From NCBI GenBank assembly GCA_023231475.1, contig JALJEE010000341.1, positions 1-64,000 on the forward strand: a stretch of 64,000 nucleotides of DNA, written 5' to 3'. Position numbers and translations under genes: made by a program. How positions within the stretch are numbered: position 1 is the stretch's first letter; every line of letters starts with the position of its first letter. Source of the DNA: Seison nebaliae. Its lineage: Eukaryota. Under the pieces are notes generated by a model, which was not told the origin of the DNA, did not search any database, and saw only the letters and a list, made by a program, of their open reading frames with translations. Below, in pieces: positions 60,285 to 64,000 of the stretch.

Positions 60285-63200
60285 TTAAGAGAAAATTTTT
60301 AAGGTAGAAATTATTTGGGTGATAGATTGTAATTTATTTAGAAGATCTTTCGATATTTCTTTCCCATCATCCTCCTTCATCTTTTTCTTATGATCATCAT
60401 GAATTAATCGTAATGAGTCTCCATATACTTTCTTCAATAGTTCAAGATCATTCAATAGTTTTTCATTCTTCATCTTCTTCATTGTAATTAAAAGTATTTG
60501 TTTGATGCCTCTCTGAAGACATTTTATATAAAGAATTATCTTCTCTTTAACATTCGCACTTAATCCATTATGCCTATACAACGTATTGATGGCAATACGT
60601 CCATTTAATAAAATGACTAAATAAGAAATTGTGGAGACCAAATCTTTTCCATTCGTCTCAATCAATGGGAGTACCTCGAGTATCAATACGAGATATTCCA
60701 TCGGAATGTCTAAGCATAATTCGAATTTTTTTTCTACGATTAAATCTGACTGTTTAGCTATTAACATTGGACGTCCAAGAAAGACGGACATGGATTTCAT
60801 ATAATATTTTATAGCAATACGTTTCAATTGTTTATGATTGATCGAAGAATTTTCCATGTTATCTCGATATTCTTTGTGATTGAGAGAGGCGAGTCGATGA
60901 TAAACCGATTGCTCTCGATGAAGAAGACAATCGTTGGGATAGATATGATCAGAAATGAAAGACAGACAATTTTTCGAATCTAAATAATTTATTGTGATCG
61001 TTTGGATGAGATCTTTAATGGACATTTTGGCTAATTGAGGATTGTCTTGAAGGAGAACTCCGATATTAAAATGAGCTGTCGATTTCGCCCAAAACAATTG
61101 AGACTTCAACACATCTAAATTAATATTTGTTTCATTTTTTGATAAGGAAATTTTATTTAAACATTTCTCCGCTAATTTCAAATGGTTTATTTCTTCGAAT
61201 AAATAACTCTTCCGTCCATGGAATGATTCCAATTCATTTTCTTTGTTCTTCGAATACACAAAACAATAGAGACGACAAATCTTCGCCCAATTCTTATGGA
61301 TGAACATTTGATTATTTGTATCGTCGATACTTTCAAATGCCAATAAAGAATCATTGAAATAATCGGAAACTTCTTTAAAATGACGAATGAATTTCTGCAT
61401 TTCATTCGATGTCATCTCACCATCAATCTCATTCAATTCATCTGAACATTCATTCATTATCATACTCCCAATCTCGTTATTGATGTGACCACACCGTTTC
61501 ACACATACGGCCACTTGTTTCACCAAATGATGGTGATGGTTATTGTGGAAGTAATTTGAAATTTTACTCATCGAAAGAAATAATTCATAATTCGAATAAG
61601 ATTTTTGATAAAGTGATTTCTTCGATAAATTATTTATTGATAAATCATTATTAAGACAATCGATATCAAAAATAGTTTTGATCATTTTCAATAATTTCGT
61701 CGCTTTCGATTTGATTTCATTCTTATTCTCTTTCAATATTGATTTGTCATCGATCGATATCAGAATATTATCACCAGTAATCAAATGAATTAATGATGAA
61801 TATAATAAACATTTATCTCGTTTGTCGTTATGTTTCGGAGTTGATTTTGAAGAGGAATTAGTAAAGGTCGTTGGAATAACAGATAACTGTTTCTTATTAT
61901 TTGGTATGCGTCGATCGGTTGATGATATTGAGAATTTATTATCGAATAAATTCTTTTGTTTTATCTCATCCATATTGATCTTATTCATTTTCCCATAATA
62001 ATCGATCAATTTCTTTGAGGAATAAGAACAATCTAATGATAATTGATAAAAACCGTTTTTCATCAACATAAACGTCAAATTAATGAATGTGGCAATACAT
62101 TGTTGGAAGATGAGTGAAATATGATGTGAAATTGTCAATCGTTCATCATCTGTCATTTCGAAAATAATTTCGTAAATTTCTTGTAAATGTGTAAGAGATT
62201 GAAGGATTCTTTGATAAATTGAACAATTAGTAATTGGTGGAATATCATCGATATTTTTCGATTGTACAGGAATGTTCTTTTTCGATTTGATCAATTCTTT
62301 CAAATCACTCAATTGAAGAATGAGAGAATCATCTGAATTCTCTGAGATTGTTCTCTTATTCTCAATGTCATTTACATTCTCCTCTTTCAAACAAAAGTCG
62401 ATTGAATTAGAGAAGAATGATGAGAAATCGTCAGAATTCACATATAATTGTGACAATATTAAATGGGAATAAATGAATAATTCCGATTTCTTCTCCACCA
62501 TATCCAGACATCTATGTAACAAATAATTGATCGTACCACTATTCTCATCACGATTTTCTTCATTAATATTGAAAATGTTAAATGCAATTGCAAAATACAA
62601 ATTCGTCACTGATTGTTTGTAAATATCTAACGGTAAATTTCCATCATATGGTATTGAATCAGATGAAGCTTCTTTTTTTGTCTTAGATTGATAATTCAGT
62701 AGAGAATTGATATAACTTTTCAATGAAGTTAAATCATATAATTTAACGATTTCATCACCATCCGCTTTATACAGCCAATAAGTATGACCATCTTTGGTTG
62801 CATGTCCTTTCAAGAACGACAGAATGTTTTGTGCTACATCTAAAATGACAGATGGTGAAAAGTTTGATAATGTCGGTATATCTTCCGTATTTAATCGTTC
62901 ATATTTCTGTACAATTCCATCACAATGCCAACACATGACAAGTTGTGGCACATGACAAATCAAATTATCTAGCCACATATCCAAACCGGTGAGAATTCCG
63001 ATCGGTTTTTTACTGTCACATAATCTCAACGATACCGTCGGATGTTCTGTGTCACCGAAAATTGGGAGATCCGTTCCAATCAGGAATCTCATATCATTAA
63101 AATTCCAGAAGATTTTATGTGTAACATTTGTGCCCAAATCATCAGTTGTTGATTGATCAATTGATGTCGGAACATTATCCAAAGAAATTGATGAAAATAA

Positions 63201-63746
63201 AAATTTTGAAAATAAATCTTTTTCTTTAATCTTCTGTTGATTGAGTAACGTATTCTTCAATCGTCGTGCCATTAATTGTTTCTCATCTATATTCTCTTTA
63301 TTCTCGAAGAATTTCGACCATTCTTGCAAAATTGATAAAAGATAAAAAAATTTCTGATCTTTCTTTTGTAATCGATAAATATTGAATTGATCAATCAATA
63401 ATGTCTTTCCGAAACGATGAATCACCAAACTCGTCTCTCCTTTCTTATCCAATGGCATCTTTACCAACTTCTTGATTGTATTCAAATGAGAAATCACATC
63501 AATCTTATTGATCGACCACGGTTCTTGCGAAGCGATTTGGAAACTTTGATCGAATTCATTATGTTGTTGAAGTGAACGATTAATATTAATTTCTGATTGT
63601 GTCCGATTTCTCAACCAATTCTCTGGAGCGATTTCCAAATTCGTATTTATATCAAGTTGCTCAAATGAGAGATTTCTTCTTAAACCTAATCGTTTAATTC
63701 CGTTATTGATCGATTCTTCCCATCTCGATTTATTATATTTCTTCAT
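60285..63746 (-). CDS. EDRF1: Erythroid differentiation-related factor 1, intronless
   Basis: IKKLVKMP...VIHRFGKTLLID, WNFNDMRFLIGTDLPIFG...PTVSLRL...KPIGILTGLDMWLDNLICHVPQLVMCWHCDGIVQKYE, DVAQNILSFLKGHATKDGHTYWL, VKLYDLTSL. Confidence 0.92.
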   Translation of the reverse strand: MKKYNKSRWEESINNGIKRLGLRRNLSFEQLDINTNLEIAPENWLRNRTQSEININRSLQQHNEFDQSFQIASQEPWSINKIDVISHLNTIKKLVKMPLDKKGETSLVIHRFGKTLLIDQFNIYRLQKKDQKFFYLLSILQEWSKFFENKENIDEKQLMARRLKNTLLNQQKIKEKDLFSKFLFSSISLDNVPTSIDQSTTDDLGTNVTHKIFWNFNDMRFLIGTDLPIFGDTEHPTVSLRLCDSKKPIGILTGLDMWLDNLICHVPQLVMCWHCDGIVQKYERLNTEDIPTLSNFSPSVILDVAQNILSFLKGHATKDGHTYWLYKADGDEIVKLYDLTSLKSYINSLLNYQSKTKKEASSDSIPYDGNLPLDIYKQSVTNLYFAIAFNIFNINEENRDENSGTINYLLHRCLDMVEKKSELFIYSHLILSQLYVNSDDFSSFFSNSIDFCLKEENVNDIENKRTISENSDDSLILQLSDLKELIKSKKNIPVQSKNIDDIPPITNCSIYQRILQSLTHLQEIYEIIFEMTDDERLTISHHISLIFQQCIATFINLTFMLMKNGFYQLSLDCSYSSKKLIDYYGKMNKINMDEIKQKNLFDNKFSISSTDRRIPNNKKQLSVIPTTFTNSSSKSTPKHNDKRDKCLLYSSLIHLITGDNILISIDDKSILKENKNEIKSKATKLLKMIKTIFDIDCLNNDLSINNLSKKSLYQKSYSNYELFLSMSKISNYFHNNHHHHLVKQVAVCVKRCGHINNEIGSMIMNECSDELNEIDGEMTSNEMQKFIRHFKEVSDYFNDSLLAFESIDDTNNQMFIHKNWAKICRLYCFVYSKNKENELESFHGRKSYLFEEINHLKLAEKCLNKISLSKNETNINLDVLKSQLFWAKSTAHFNIGVLLQDNPQLAKMSIKDLIQTITINYLDSKNCLSFISDHIYPNDCLLHREQSVYHRLASLNHKEYRDNMENSSINHKQLKRIAIKYYMKSMSVFLGRPMLIAKQSDLIVEKKFELCLDIPMEYLVLILEVLPLIETNGKDLVSTISYLVILLNGRIAINTLYRHNGLSANVKEKIILYIKCLQRGIKQILLITMKKMKNEKLLNDLELLKKVYGDSLRLIHDDHKKKMKEDDGKEISKDLLNKLQSITQIISTLKIFS

Positions 63747-64000
63747 CGATATCGATCTTCTTCGTCGTTTAAACTATTTGAAAACAAATAAAATTTCTGG
63801 TGAAAAAAACTTGAAAAATATTTTCCTTTAGAAAAGAAACTTTAAAAAATAATTGTTGAAAGAAAAATAGAAAAATATTTGTGCTGAAAGAAAAATGGGA
63901 AACAATGGGGAAAATTTTTGGTGAACGAAAAATGGAAAGAAAATTTTTAACAACAAAAAAAGGGTAAAAAATTTGAATGAATAAAAAATGCGAAAAAGTT

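Noticed and set aside
1..64000. CRISPR arrays, rRNA, prokaryotic operons
   Set aside because: None seen; the DNA is intron-containing eukaryotic sequence

Overview
Very AT-rich, gene-dense eukaryotic (animal) genomic DNA with mostly 40-60 nt spliceosomal introns. The gene content (Kirre/Neph-type Ig receptor, BRSK/SAD kinase, CYB5D1 with an RFX X-box, selenoprotein L) points to a ciliated aquatic invertebrate with a compact genome; the species cannot be determined from the window. Left to right: 5' end of a cullin-1 gene (-), a decayed 5'-truncated LINE ending in (TAAA)n just 3' of an intron-containing tRNA-Tyr gene, an MSP/VAP-like gene, a selenoprotein L gene hidden from the ORF track by two in-frame TGA codons (UxxU motif), a tektin-like/CCDC105-like gene, AGPAT, BRSK with a ~800-aa low-complexity N-terminus, CECR2-like, a divergent USP-like gene, an LRR protein, symplekin, CYB5D1, a Kirre/Neph-like gene with ~14 kb of non-coding upstream DNA, an atypical cytochrome P450 lacking ExxR and PERF, AFG1L, a small membrane protein, SCOC, an unknown acidic/His-rich protein and EDRF1. 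Main observations: the double-Sec SelL gene without an obvious proximal SECIS; a window-wide bias for GTT rather than GTR 5' splice sites; the motif-deleted but apparently intact P450; and the tRNA-adjacent LINE. All family calls are from recalled motifs and hand-splicing, with no database searches.
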